Source: a virus (lineage: Duplodnaviria > Caudoviricetes). Taken from it: 53,157 bases of DNA. Location of the stretch: positions 1 through 53,157 of IMG/VR virus record IMGVR_UViG_3300024433_000009. One strand, written 5' to 3'. The position numbers and the translations under genes are program-made. Every line of letters begins with the position of its first letter. Within the stretch, counting starts at the first letter, position 1. Positions 39,376-48,180 of this stretch are shown here, one piece after another. Under the pieces are notes generated by a model, which worked only from the letters and a program-made list of their open reading frames with translations, did not search any database and had not been told where the DNA came from.

Positions 39376-39852
39376 ATGGCTGCGCAAGTAGGTTTCAGGA
39401 AGATATTGAACGACGTGATAGATGGTCCGTCACTGGTGGAACGGTTGAAGGTGGATTTGAACACAGCAGTAACAAATATGAAACCCGGCAGACTGGTAAA
39501 GAAAGGTGCAACGGATTATGATGCTTCGATGAATGGTGCATGGGATATTTCCAATAACGCTCCGATAGGCTGGCTAGGATACGAGAAAGCAAACGCAAAC
39601 TTCAAACCTACGACAATAGATACGGCTTATGCTGCGGGCGATGAAGTTCCGGTGCATAATGGTAGCGGCTTCAGAGTTAGAGCGCGACTCGCGAGCGGTC
39701 AGAATCTTGCAAAAGGCAGGGTTGTAACAGCAGCGGCGGACGGAGAGATAACAGCCGGAACCATCGGCACAAATGACATAGTCGCGAGAATGGCAGAATC
39801 CGTGAATGCCGGCGGCGGCGCAGCGGATGCATGGGTGATAAGCGAAATATAG
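39376..39852 (+). CDS. Head decoration/cement protein
   Basis: Lies between the scaffold and capsid genes; small, Ala/Gly-rich beta protein. Confidence 0.7.
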   Translation: MAAQVGFRKILNDVIDGPSLVERLKVDLNTAVTNMKPGRLVKKGATDYDASMNGAWDISNNAPIGWLGYEKANANFKPTTIDTAYAAGDEVPVHNGSGFRVRARLASGQNLAKGRVVTAAADGEITAGTIGTNDIVARMAESVNAGGGAADAWVISEI

Positions 39853-39865
39853 GAGGACAAAAGAA

Positions 39866-40774
39866 ATGGTAAACGCATTAGCTAATTTAGGAAAAAGTTG
39901 GGACAAAGACATCGTCCCGGTATTACATGCGCAGACTCTTGCGAGGAAGTTGATACCGCGATCAGTATTAAGCGGCAAGGGACTTGGTATGACTTCCGTG
40001 GAGACACGAGCATACACGGCAACCGCAGGTGCAGTAATCAACTACGAGATAATACAGGATAACGAGGAAAAGGTGGACGTCACTGCGAAGACCTTGAAAA
40101 TACCCGTGCAGCAAGATGACAGAACGATAATGCGGAGGACTTGGGAATCGTACATACTGCATGGCACCCCACTTGATAATGACATGGCACTGGATATGGT
40201 AGCGAATATTGCGGCGCAGGAGGATGCGTTGGTGATAAACGGCTGGAAGCCGGATGGCACGAACTACGAACTCAAAGGTATGTTTCAAGTAGCAAATAAC
40301 ACATATGCCGGGTCCGATTTCGCCACTTACGGTAACACGATAAAAGCGGTGGCCGCGGGATTGGCATTACTCAGAACGGATAAGATATATAGTGCCGGCT
40401 ACAATCTCATATTAACGCCGACACAGTATGCCGAACTCGAAGCGAGCGAATCGACAACGGGAAAGGCGGAATATGATCGCGTACTGGCAATGCTAAACAG
40501 AAACGCCCCGGGCAATCCCGGCGTGATATACGAATCAACAAGTCTATCAGACGCTAGCGCAAACTGCGGCATTATTTCACCAGCAGCAACACCGGCGAAC
40601 AGGCGTTTCTTCGATCTTGTGATAGCGGCAGAGCCATTCCATGACTTATGGATTGCCGGTTCGCAGAAGACCGGGGATATACATGTGAGACAGCTTGGCG
40701 CTATGGTGCCACGGTTTAAGCATCTGAACAGTAGCAATAAGGACAACTGTATCTGCACGCTTACGGGGGTATAA
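39866..40774 (+). CDS. Major capsid protein (HK97 fold)
   Basis: 302 aa; ARKLIP...AAQEDALVINGW...GYNLILTPTQY; canonical position. Confidence 0.88.
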   Translation: MVNALANLGKSWDKDIVPVLHAQTLARKLIPRSVLSGKGLGMTSVETRAYTATAGAVINYEIIQDNEEKVDVTAKTLKIPVQQDDRTIMRRTWESYILHGTPLDNDMALDMVANIAAQEDALVINGWKPDGTNYELKGMFQVANNTYAGSDFATYGNTIKAVAAGLALLRTDKIYSAGYNLILTPTQYAELEASESTTGKAEYDRVLAMLNRNAPGNPGVIYESTSLSDASANCGIISPAATPANRRFFDLVIAAEPFHDLWIAGSQKTGDIHVRQLGAMVPRFKHLNSSNKDNCICTLTGV

Positions 40775-40815
40775 AACCGTCTTTTTTTATGAAGGCGGGT
40801 TAGCATTTTTTTATT
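40775..40815 (+). terminator. Putative terminator/attenuator after the capsid gene
   Basis: CCGTCTT...AAGGCGG stem with T-tracts. Confidence 0.45.
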
Positions 40816-40825
40816 GAGGTGAAAA

Positions 40826-41023
40826 ATGAAATTAAAATGCACGATTGGAACTCAAAATCTCAGTGATGGTAGAATATACAAAGAAGGCGATGAATATGAA
40901 CTTGACGATGAGGCAACAGCACGAATGCTAATTGGATTCGGGTACGCAATTGAAATTAAGCTCCCTGAAGTGGTTGAACCTGTCGTGGAAACAACAAAAC
41001 GTGAGACGATAAGGAGAAGATAA
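40826..41023 (+). CDS. Small head-associated protein
   Basis: GAGGTGA RBS; YKEGDEYEL...ARMLIGFGYA pattern common after capsid genes. Confidence 0.6.
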   Translation: MKLKCTIGTQNLSDGRIYKEGDEYELDDEATARMLIGFGYAIEIKLPEVVEPVVETTKRETIRRR

Positions 41024-41027
41024 AGAT

Positions 41028-41426
41028 ATGCCAAACGGAGTGACGACAAACTATTCGTTCAAGAAACAGCAGTTAGGGCATCCTACAAGGGATACAGACT
41101 TGGGTGACAATCTCGACTTGATTGATACGACAATCAAAACACGTGCAGATGCGATAACCAGTCTCGAAGATGCAAGCGCCAATCATACTATTGCTATCAA
41201 TACGATGCATACCGATGGTTCAAGCAACTTTGCAGGCCCTGGAGGAGTAACAATAACGCATAATCTAAATCTTAGCGATTATGACGTCTCCATAAAACCA
41301 TCTGCAGACGGCGGCGGCGCAATTGGCGAATGGTGGGTAACGGATATGGCAGTAAACAGTTTCGTGGTGCGGAATAGTGGTTCGGGCGTAACTGCATTCA
41401 CGTGGATAATCCATAATAGGACATAA
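41028..41426 (+). CDS. Fibre-anchor/adaptor protein with shared C-terminal domain (copy 2)
   Basis: TTNYSFKK...GDNLDLID anchor motif, a coiled coil, then the shared domain. Confidence 0.7.
   Translation: MPNGVTTNYSFKKQQLGHPTRDTDLGDNLDLIDTTIKTRADAITSLEDASANHTIAINTMHTDGSSNFAGPGGVTITHNLNLSDYDVSIKPSADGGGAIGEWWVTDMAVNSFVVRNSGSGVTAFTWIIHNRT
41259..41424 (+). repeat. 166-bp direct repeat, left copy
   Basis: Identical to 45997-46162. Confidence 0.95.
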
Positions 41427-41435
41427 AAAAGAAAA

Positions 41436-41750
41436 ATGACAGCGATAACCAGATCGGGCTCCAAAATAATGGTTGGAGCGATGGAACATGAAGGCAAAAG
41501 TATAGCGGAGCAGACCTTCAACATAAAAGGTCATGAAGGTGAACGAATCAGAGTCTATATTGGTAATGACGACAAATATACGATTGAAAGCAGACCAACA
41601 CAGAAACTACTGATCTGCGAACTCGACATCCCTAAAAAGGAATATGTGCATACGAAAACGACAGAGAAAGATGAGAATGGAGAATACATCATAGAAACGA
41701 AAGAGAAGGATTTGAGGCTGGAAAAGATAGAAATGAAAGAATATTTCTAA
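41436..41750 (+). CDS. Small protein upstream of the DGR target (possible adaptor/chaperone)
   Basis: ELDIPKKEY motif; position. Confidence 0.6.
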   Translation: MTAITRSGSKIMVGAMEHEGKSIAEQTFNIKGHEGERIRVYIGNDDKYTIESRPTQKLLICELDIPKKEYVHTKTTEKDENGEYIIETKEKDLRLEKIEMKEYF

Positions 41751-41781
41751 CTAAAACTAAAAGAGGTGTAATAAAAACAAA

Positions 41782-43134
41782 ATGACAGAAGATTTGAGTT
41801 TAAGCGGATTGAGAAATAGATTCAATCAATTGAACGATTTGAATGAGAACTTCGTGGAATTCTCGCGTAAAGCGACAAGCGGATTCGCTGATGCCTCCGG
41901 CAATCCATATTATGACGTAGGATTCAGAAATGGCGTGTTGATAGGTGGCTGCTGGCTTGCGAAATATCCCATGAGTCATCTTGATGCCACGCCAAAAGCG
42001 CAGGGCACATCGCCCATACCTGTCTCGCAGCCACACGTACCCGCATGGACAACTGTGAACTGGCAGCAGGCGCTTGAAGCTTGCAGACTGATGAACAGAA
42101 GCGATGAGCAAGCATTGGCAAAGGCTTACGTTTCTGGTGGCGGTATCGACGCCCTCGGAGCGGATATGAATGGCTATCATTATGTCTTGATTGATACCGA
42201 TGCGCATTTTCTTGAACTTGCTGTGGGCAATCATATTGAGCTTTCACATCCGCTCAGTGCAGCCGAAGCGGCTGCAATGAATACAAACAACTACGACAAT
42301 GCGATCCACACTAATACGACGACCGCGCCAACGGTGCGTTTAGGCAGCTCAAATCAATGGTTAGAGGGGGATACCATTATCTATGAACGCAAAGTGGCTA
42401 AATTCGACCAAGTGAACAAGAAAATATTCCTTACTGTTGCACTACCCACAAATGCGCTTGGTGTTGCGGACATAACGCCAAAATCAGGCGACAGCGTAAG
42501 CGTCAGGAAATATGACCTTGCAGGACTCGAAGAGTGGGCTGCCATCAAGTTAGAATGTGCAATGCAGGCAAAAGCTGCGTCACCGTTTGGCGCAGATGGA
42601 TATCCAAAAGGAAACAACTATTATGGCAGAGATTCTGCTGATGTAGACGAATGGAAATATTACGGCGATAACGACCCGACTTACACTGCCGCTGGACATC
42701 CAATTTATAAAGTTCTGTGTGGGTCCGGACCCGACTCGTGGTTCCATAACAACAACCGCAAGACAGGTGTATGGTGCTACAATGGAAATATATGGGACTG
42801 GATAAACGCGAAGGTATATGATGGAAAGATACAGGCAGGATATCCTGGAGAGGGGCATCAATTTCCTGATGCGAATAATTATGTAGCAACAATAGAAGCA
42901 GCATCAGCACTATGTGGGACTAAAGACCTGGCATTGCCAATAACGGTCGGCGCTACATGCGCACAATTTGGTGGCGACTACGGATATCTCAGTAAAACAT
43001 CCTATCCAGGCGATCGGGCTGTCCTCGTCGGCGGCGGCTGCCACGATACCGGTGGTGCGGGGGTCTTCTATACGGGTATCGACTGTACGCCTGACGGTAC
43101 GGACGTGGACGTCGGTTTCCGTGCGGCCTTGTAA
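41782..43134 (+). CDS. DGR target protein, C-type-lectin (FGE/Mtd-like) fold, probable receptor-binding protein
   Basis: WLAKY, VNWQQALEAC, EEWAA, NGNIWDW and C-terminal GG...GFR motifs; carries the VR. Confidence 0.9.
   Translation: MTEDLSLSGLRNRFNQLNDLNENFVEFSRKATSGFADASGNPYYDVGFRNGVLIGGCWLAKYPMSHLDATPKAQGTSPIPVSQPHVPAWTTVNWQQALEACRLMNRSDEQALAKAYVSGGGIDALGADMNGYHYVLIDTDAHFLELAVGNHIELSHPLSAAEAAAMNTNNYDNAIHTNTTTAPTVRLGSSNQWLEGDTIIYERKVAKFDQVNKKIFLTVALPTNALGVADITPKSGDSVSVRKYDLAGLEEWAAIKLECAMQAKAASPFGADGYPKGNNYYGRDSADVDEWKYYGDNDPTYTAAGHPIYKVLCGSGPDSWFHNNNRKTGVWCYNGNIWDWINAKVYDGKIQAGYPGEGHQFPDANNYVATIEAASALCGTKDLALPITVGATCAQFGGDYGYLSKTSYPGDRAVLVGGGCHDTGGAGVFYTGIDCTPDGTDVDVGFRAAL
43016..43130 (+). 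repeat. DGR variable repeat (VR)
   Basis: 115 nt, colinear with TR; 21 mismatches, all opposite TR adenines. Confidence 0.97.
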
Positions 43135-43240
43135 CCGTCAAATCGAAAGGACGAAAACGAGCGCATGAAAAAAAAAATATAGTCATGGAGGGAAAAAACA
43201 AAAAAGAACTACATGATAAGGTTTGAACAAGAATAAGTCG

Positions 43241-43355
43241 GGGCTGTCCTCGTCGGCGGCAACTACAACAATACCGGTAATGCGGGAGTCTTCTATACGA
43301 ATATCAACAATACGCCTGACAATACGAACGTAAACATCAGTTTCCGTGCAGCCTT
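43241..43355 (+). ncRNA. DGR template repeat (TR)
   Basis: Non-coding, AAC/AAT-rich copy of VR lying between the target and RT genes. Confidence 0.97.
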
Positions 43356-43501
43356 TCTCAACACTTGCTTCTCATATATACGTTTGGGTTACGGAAGCAA
43401 GTGCATCCTGTTCAAATCTTGGTCAATAGTACCGAATATAAAAAAGATACGCTGAATTAGTAGCGCGCGATGTGAACATTCAGCAAGATAACCCAACCAA
43501 A

Positions 43502-44527
43502 ATGAAAACTTATAAATACCTGTATGAACAGATATGCACAAAAAAGAACATCTGTAAAGCCTATCGGAAGGCGCAACTGGGCAAGCGAAACAAATTCTAT
43601 GTGCGGAAGTTTGAGTCAAACATCCTCGATAATATCGAGCAACTGCATCAAGAGCTCATAGATGAAACTTGGATGCCCTTGCCATATAAACAATTCATTG
43701 CTTACGAACCAAAGGAGCGATTAATCCGGGCACCCCAGTTTAGGGATAGAGTCGTGCATCATGCTTTAGTGCAAGTTCTGAAACCTATCTATGAACCAAT
43801 ATTCATTTACGATAGTTATGCGAGCCTAAAAGATAAAGGCACTCTGGCTGCTGTGAAGAGGCTTACGCAAATCATTAGAAGAGATTGTGATAATACTTTC
43901 ATTTTTCATGGTGACATCCGTAAGTTCTTTGATAACATCAATCACGAAATCCTAATCCGTATTTTAAGAGAGAAAATAGCAGACGAACGAGTAATAAATC
44001 TCATTCGTAAAATCCTAACCAATCAAGGCATCTCTCTTGGCGTAACCTTAGGCAACTACACGAGTCAGTGGTTTGCAAATATCTATTTGAACGAACTAGA
44101 TTATTACGCCAAACACGAGTTAAAAGTAAAGCATTATATCCGGTTCATGGATGATTTCTTGCTACTCTCAGATTCCAAGAGGCAATTACATGATTGGAAG
44201 CACAAAGTCAAAGACTTCATAAACGAAGAGCTCAAGCTCGAACTGCATCCGGTAAAACAGCAAATATTCCCAACTAATACGGGCATAGATTTCCTGGGAT
44301 ATACTATTTGGAAGGATCACAAAAAACTAAGAAGAAGAAATGTTGAGCGATTCACAAGCAGGCTAAAAAAATACGATAAAGCACTCGCGATAACGCCCTT
44401 CACGGAGGCATCTCTGATGAGTTGGAAAGGATATTCTATACACGCAGACGCTTTTGGATTGACAAAGCAATTGCATGATTTGCATCCGGCAATGCAAGCA
44501 TTTGCCTTGGAGAAATACACCGATTGA
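43502..44527 (+). CDS. DGR reverse transcriptase
   Basis: KERLIRAPQFRDRVVHHAL, GDIRKFF, LGNYTSQWFANIYL (DGR-type SQ motif), RFMDD and IDFLGY. Confidence 0.96.
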   Translation: MKTYKYLYEQICTKKNICKAYRKAQLGKRNKFYVRKFESNILDNIEQLHQELIDETWMPLPYKQFIAYEPKERLIRAPQFRDRVVHHALVQVLKPIYEPIFIYDSYASLKDKGTLAAVKRLTQIIRRDCDNTFIFHGDIRKFFDNINHEILIRILREKIADERVINLIRKILTNQGISLGVTLGNYTSQWFANIYLNELDYYAKHELKVKHYIRFMDDFLLLSDSKRQLHDWKHKVKDFINEELKLELHPVKQQIFPTNTGIDFLGYTIWKDHKKLRRRNVERFTSRLKKYDKALAITPFTEASLMSWKGYSIHADAFGLTKQLHDLHPAMQAFALEKYTD

Positions 44528-44530
44528 AAT

Positions 44531-44827
44531 ATGACAGAAGATTATCACCATTTCAGTGACTTCGCCGATATACGACCACAGTTTGAAGGCGAGAAGAAGA
44601 AGATTACTGAAATACTGAATAAGGAAATACTCATTCTTAACTTTCGCGTAGGTAATAGCAAGTACAAAGACAAGAAATATCTTACGTTGCATTTTGAGTT
44701 GGACAGCGAAAAATACATCGTATTCTCGGGGTCAGATGTTCTGATGGAGCAGGCTCAAGAGTATGCAGAGCAAATGCCTTACTATACGGCTATTGTGCAA
44801 CGGGGCAATTATTACACAATGACATAG
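44531..44827 (+). CDS. Small RT-linked protein, candidate non-Avd DGR accessory factor
   Basis: Starts 3 nt after the RT stop; beta-rich FEGEKKKI...ILNKEI...FSGS.VL...YYT pattern, not a four-helix bundle. Confidence 0.65.
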   Translation: MTEDYHHFSDFADIRPQFEGEKKKITEILNKEILILNFRVGNSKYKDKKYLTLHFELDSEKYIVFSGSDVLMEQAQEYAEQMPYYTAIVQRGNYYTMT

Positions 44828-45131
44828 GTTTATTTATATAGTAAGAAAACCAAATTAATACCAAATGATGAATACAGAAGAGAAAACATACGCAATCCCA
44901 ACCTTGGAAGAACAAGAGGAGGTTGAACCATTATTTAAAAGATTTCCTACACACACCAAACCACTTTTTAGAAAAGGAGGATGGTGGCACGTCGGAACAT
45001 ACGCCAGCTCCTTGAAACTCTTGAACGATATATAATCTTTCTTTAAGTCCTTTAAACATATCAACAAATATGATATATAGTGATGTCGGCGGTAGCGGGA
45101 TAATGACATCGGGAGACGTGATGGGACATTA

Positions 45132-45878
45132 ATGTTTAAAATAAACGAATCGGTTGAATTTAAATTGTATCTTCTTAATACTGACGGCCAACCGGCCACA
45201 GGTGCCACAGTTACAAGTACGGTTTACGATGAATCAGATAGTTCTTTTAATAATCCTTCGGTTACTGAAATTGGTAGCACAGGACTATATACTGCTGCAT
45301 TTACACCCGATGCTGCTGGTGAATGGACAATTGTTTTTGCATGTAGTAGTCCAGTAGCAAGGCGGGCGTATACAATACAAGTCGGTAAAGGAGTGGAAGC
45401 AGCTATCGAAACTAAAGTAGATAATATTGCAACAAAAACAGAACAAGATACATCATTCAACTCAGTATTAGCAGATATCGATTCAAAAGTCACAGGCAAA
45501 CAGCAAATAGCCATAACTACCGAAGACTTGAACCAAACAGCAGCTACTTACGATTTGTTCACAGGAACTACACAAGATGTACTCTTGGAGAGTTTACTTA
45601 TCCGGATGCCCGATATAGCTGCTGGTGGAGCTCTAACATCAATCTCGATACAGACGGATGATACCACACCGCAAGTGCTTATCTCTGCTGCTGATGGTGC
45701 AGTCGCAAACCTTACCGCAGAAGCGCAACTCGCATGGCAGAACTTTAATGCACCTATTCTCATAAAGGTGGGTACGAAAGTTCAACTTACTATTGCAGGT
45801 GGAGCACATGGTGTCGCTTATGTTTGCGATATAGTGGTAAAGACAAGAGCAGTTACAAGCGGAGGATACTTGGGATAA
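45132..45878 (+). CDS. Virion structural protein with Ig-like N-terminus
   Basis: VTEIGSTGLYTAAFTPDAAGEW pattern, coiled-coil linker, beta-rich C-terminus. Confidence 0.6.
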   Translation: MFKINESVEFKLYLLNTDGQPATGATVTSTVYDESDSSFNNPSVTEIGSTGLYTAAFTPDAAGEWTIVFACSSPVARRAYTIQVGKGVEAAIETKVDNIATKTEQDTSFNSVLADIDSKVTGKQQIAITTEDLNQTAATYDLFTGTTQDVLLESLLIRMPDIAAGGALTSISIQTDDTTPQVLISAADGAVANLTAEAQLAWQNFNAPILIKVGTKVQLTIAGGAHGVAYVCDIVVKTRAVTSGGYLG

Positions 45879-45882
45879 TAAA

Positions 45883-46164
45883 ATGGCAGTAGCAAAGAAC
45901 GGGGTATTTGAAATAAAAGCGGAAAATATACCAGTGGATGAAATACATGCCGAAGGCTCAAATAACTTCGCAGGTAGCGGCGGGGTAACGATATCCCATA
46001 ATCTAAATCTTAGCGATTATGACGTCTCCATAAAACCATCTGCAGACGGCGGCGGCGCAATTGGCGAATGGTGGGTAACGGATATGGCAGTAAACAGTTT
46101 CGTGGTGCGGAATAGTGGTTCGGGCGTAACTGCATTCACGTGGATAATCCATAATAGGACATGA
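45883..46164 (+). CDS. Adaptor protein with shared C-terminal domain (copy 3)
   Basis: The last 55 codons are identical to those of 41028. Confidence 0.7.
   Translation: MAVAKNGVFEIKAENIPVDEIHAEGSNNFAGSGGVTISHNLNLSDYDVSIKPSADGGGAIGEWWVTDMAVNSFVVRNSGSGVTAFTWIIHNRT
45997..46162 (+). repeat. 166-bp direct repeat, right copy
   Basis: Identical to 41259-41424. Confidence 0.95.
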
Positions 46165-46282
46165 AGATCGTAAACGTTCTTTTTAATAGATTACAAAAAT
46201 ACTTAAAAAATTAAAACAATATACTTAAAGAAGTTATCATAAATAATGAAGAAGGTTATTAAGATATAGGTGGGAAAAACAA

Positions 46283-46606
46283 ATGTCTCGAGCAACACAT
46301 ATAACCCAAGTGGCTGAAGAAACGTTTTTCAGTGGTGGTACGCCAGAGCAGGTGAATGTGTTTTCAGTGGCTTGTTCTGATATTTTCGACAAGGCGGTGG
46401 ATGCAGCGAGCCCACGAGAGATGACAATCAATATTAGCGCTGAAGACACCTTGAAAGGTGCGGATACGGTAATTACGAATATCGAGTTTTTGTGTTCCAC
46501 ATTAGACATGTTAAAGGAGTTGGATGCGTCCACGTGGTTTGAACTAATCGAAGGCAAAAAGATATTCACGGCGCAGGGAAAGACGCTAATATTCAAAGCA
46601 GTATGA
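46283..46606 (+). CDS. Hypothetical protein
   Basis: 107-aa ORF behind an AT-rich intergenic region. Confidence 0.5.
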   Translation: MSRATHITQVAEETFFSGGTPEQVNVFSVACSDIFDKAVDAASPREMTINISAEDTLKGADTVITNIEFLCSTLDMLKELDASTWFELIEGKKIFTAQGKTLIFKAV

Positions 46607-46640
46607 ATTAAATATAAAGTCTTTCATCTTCTTCTTTCTT

Positions 46641-47165
46641 ATGAACGGAATAAAAAGTGGATTCACGGTTGGCGGCGTATTTGAGGTCGAATGCTATGAC
46701 AAGGACGGCAATCTGAAGTGGATAGATAAGGCGCACAATCTGTGGGTTCAGCAAGGGCTAGAATATCTACTAACGAAGATATTCAAGAATAGCGCACCAA
46801 GCGACCCTCTGTATGTGAGCTTGGTAAAGACAACGCTTCCCGTGACGGATTCGTCAATGAATGACAACGGAACGACATGGTACGAGGCGACTGAATATGA
46901 TGAGGCAACCCGGCGGGAGTTCGTGGATGGTGCTATTACTGGGACTACGACAAAGCAATTGGACAATAATGCAAGTAAGGCAGTGTTCACAATAAGCGCC
47001 ACAGTCACGTTAAAAGGTGCGTTCTTGACTACGGATAGCTCGAAAAATGGAGTGATAGGTACTCTGCTTTGTGCCGTGGCATTCACGGAGGGCGACCGCT
47101 CAGTGCTCGATAACGACGTAGTAAACGTGAAATACACCGTAGGAAGCACAGACGACGGGGCTTAA
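46641..47165 (+). CDS. Virion structural protein
   Basis: FEVECYDKDG...HNLWVQQG...DVVNVKY pattern; late motif 24 nt upstream. Confidence 0.65.
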   Translation: MNGIKSGFTVGGVFEVECYDKDGNLKWIDKAHNLWVQQGLEYLLTKIFKNSAPSDPLYVSLVKTTLPVTDSSMNDNGTTWYEATEYDEATRREFVDGAITGTTTKQLDNNASKAVFTISATVTLKGAFLTTDSSKNGVIGTLLCAVAFTEGDRSVLDNDVVNVKYTVGSTDDGA

Positions 47166-47183
47166 TCTTTCCGGTGTTGAAGG

Positions 47184-47495
47184 ATGTTAGAACCAGACAG
47201 GACTATTAAGCAGCCGCATGAACGAGAATACATAACGGTTGAGTTTGCGAACCGATTGCCAGAAGGCGATTCAATTATCAACATCACAGAATGCAAATGT
47301 TATGACGGTAATACTGACGTTACTGCCGCGATGATTGAAGCGGCAATCGTAGATGCATCTACAAACGTTGTGTTTTGGCTTAGAGGCGGCACGGCGGGAA
47401 AGACATATCACGTAACGATAAAAGTGCAAGGTGCATCCGGCTATAAAGTCGAAGAGGATCTGATAATAATCATACGAGAACGGGGGCACGCATAG
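47184..47495 (+). CDS. Virion structural protein (fibre adaptor-like)
   Basis: KQPHERE...FWLRGGTAGKTYHVT...EED pattern. Confidence 0.6.
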   Translation: MLEPDRTIKQPHEREYITVEFANRLPEGDSIINITECKCYDGNTDVTAAMIEAAIVDASTNVVFWLRGGTAGKTYHVTIKVQGASGYKVEEDLIIIIRERGHA

Positions 47496-47497
47496 GA

Positions 47498-47893
47498 ATG
47501 GCATACACGACACCTGGAGATATAAGGATACTAATAGACACCTCGGTTGATAATATTGTCATAGAGAGCATCATTGACATAGTGGATACGGACATAGACG
47601 ACCTACTTGCGGAAAAGGGATTGTCGGTCAGCGAGCCCACGTCTGCGAAGATTAAAAAATCAAGCAAATATACTGCATGCGCGCGCATATTAACCCGCGA
47701 TTGGGCTGGAGGTACAACACCGGACACACACAAGATAGGCGAGTTCAGCCAAAAATCCGGGATACAAGAGCAAATAGCGGCATTCGAAGCGAAGGGTGAG
47801 AAGGCAATTCAGGACTACATACACGAGCAGAAAAAGGGCGATTATCCTGAAATATTTGAGATTATCGAAAATAAGACGAATACGAATCTGTAA
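47498..47893 (+). CDS. Head-tail connector/adaptor
   Basis: MAYTTPGDIR start, helical body, HKIGEFS motif. Confidence 0.75.
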   Translation: MAYTTPGDIRILIDTSVDNIVIESIIDIVDTDIDDLLAEKGLSVSEPTSAKIKKSSKYTACARILTRDWAGGTTPDTHKIGEFSQKSGIQEQIAAFEAKGEKAIQDYIHEQKKGDYPEIFEIIENKTNTNL

Positions 47894-47895
47894 AA

Positions 47896-48141
47896 ATGGA
47901 ACTCGACAAGGACACATTGGAAAAGATAATCGAAACCAACATCACATGCAAGCATATACTACGGCGGTTGGAGCAGGGCGAGAAGCGGTTCAATAGTCAT
48001 GACAAGCGAATACAAAAACTCGAACAGCAGCAACAGTTGTTAGTGGGAAAATTCGCGATGTTCATAATGGCTATCGGCGGCATAGTGACAATAATATTCA
48101 ATGCGCTTATATGGGGATGGCTCAAAATAACGGGTAAGTAA
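47896..48141 (+). CDS. XhlA/holin-like membrane protein
   Basis: Coiled coil HDKRIQKLE followed by one transmembrane helix. Confidence 0.55.
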   Translation: MELDKDTLEKIIETNITCKHILRRLEQGEKRFNSHDKRIQKLEQQQQLLVGKFAMFIMAIGGIVTIIFNALIWGWLKITGK

Positions 48142-48180
48142 GTAGATAGATATATAAGGTCTATGTGCGCTTAAATAATC

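Noticed and set aside
43135-43170. Canonical GC-rich hairpin downstream of VR
   Set aside because: Only a weak CGTC...GACG pairing is visible, too short to call.
43502-44527. Group II intron or retron RT
   Set aside because: No maturase or endonuclease extension; the SQ motif and the adjacent adenine-specific TR/VR pair identify a DGR.
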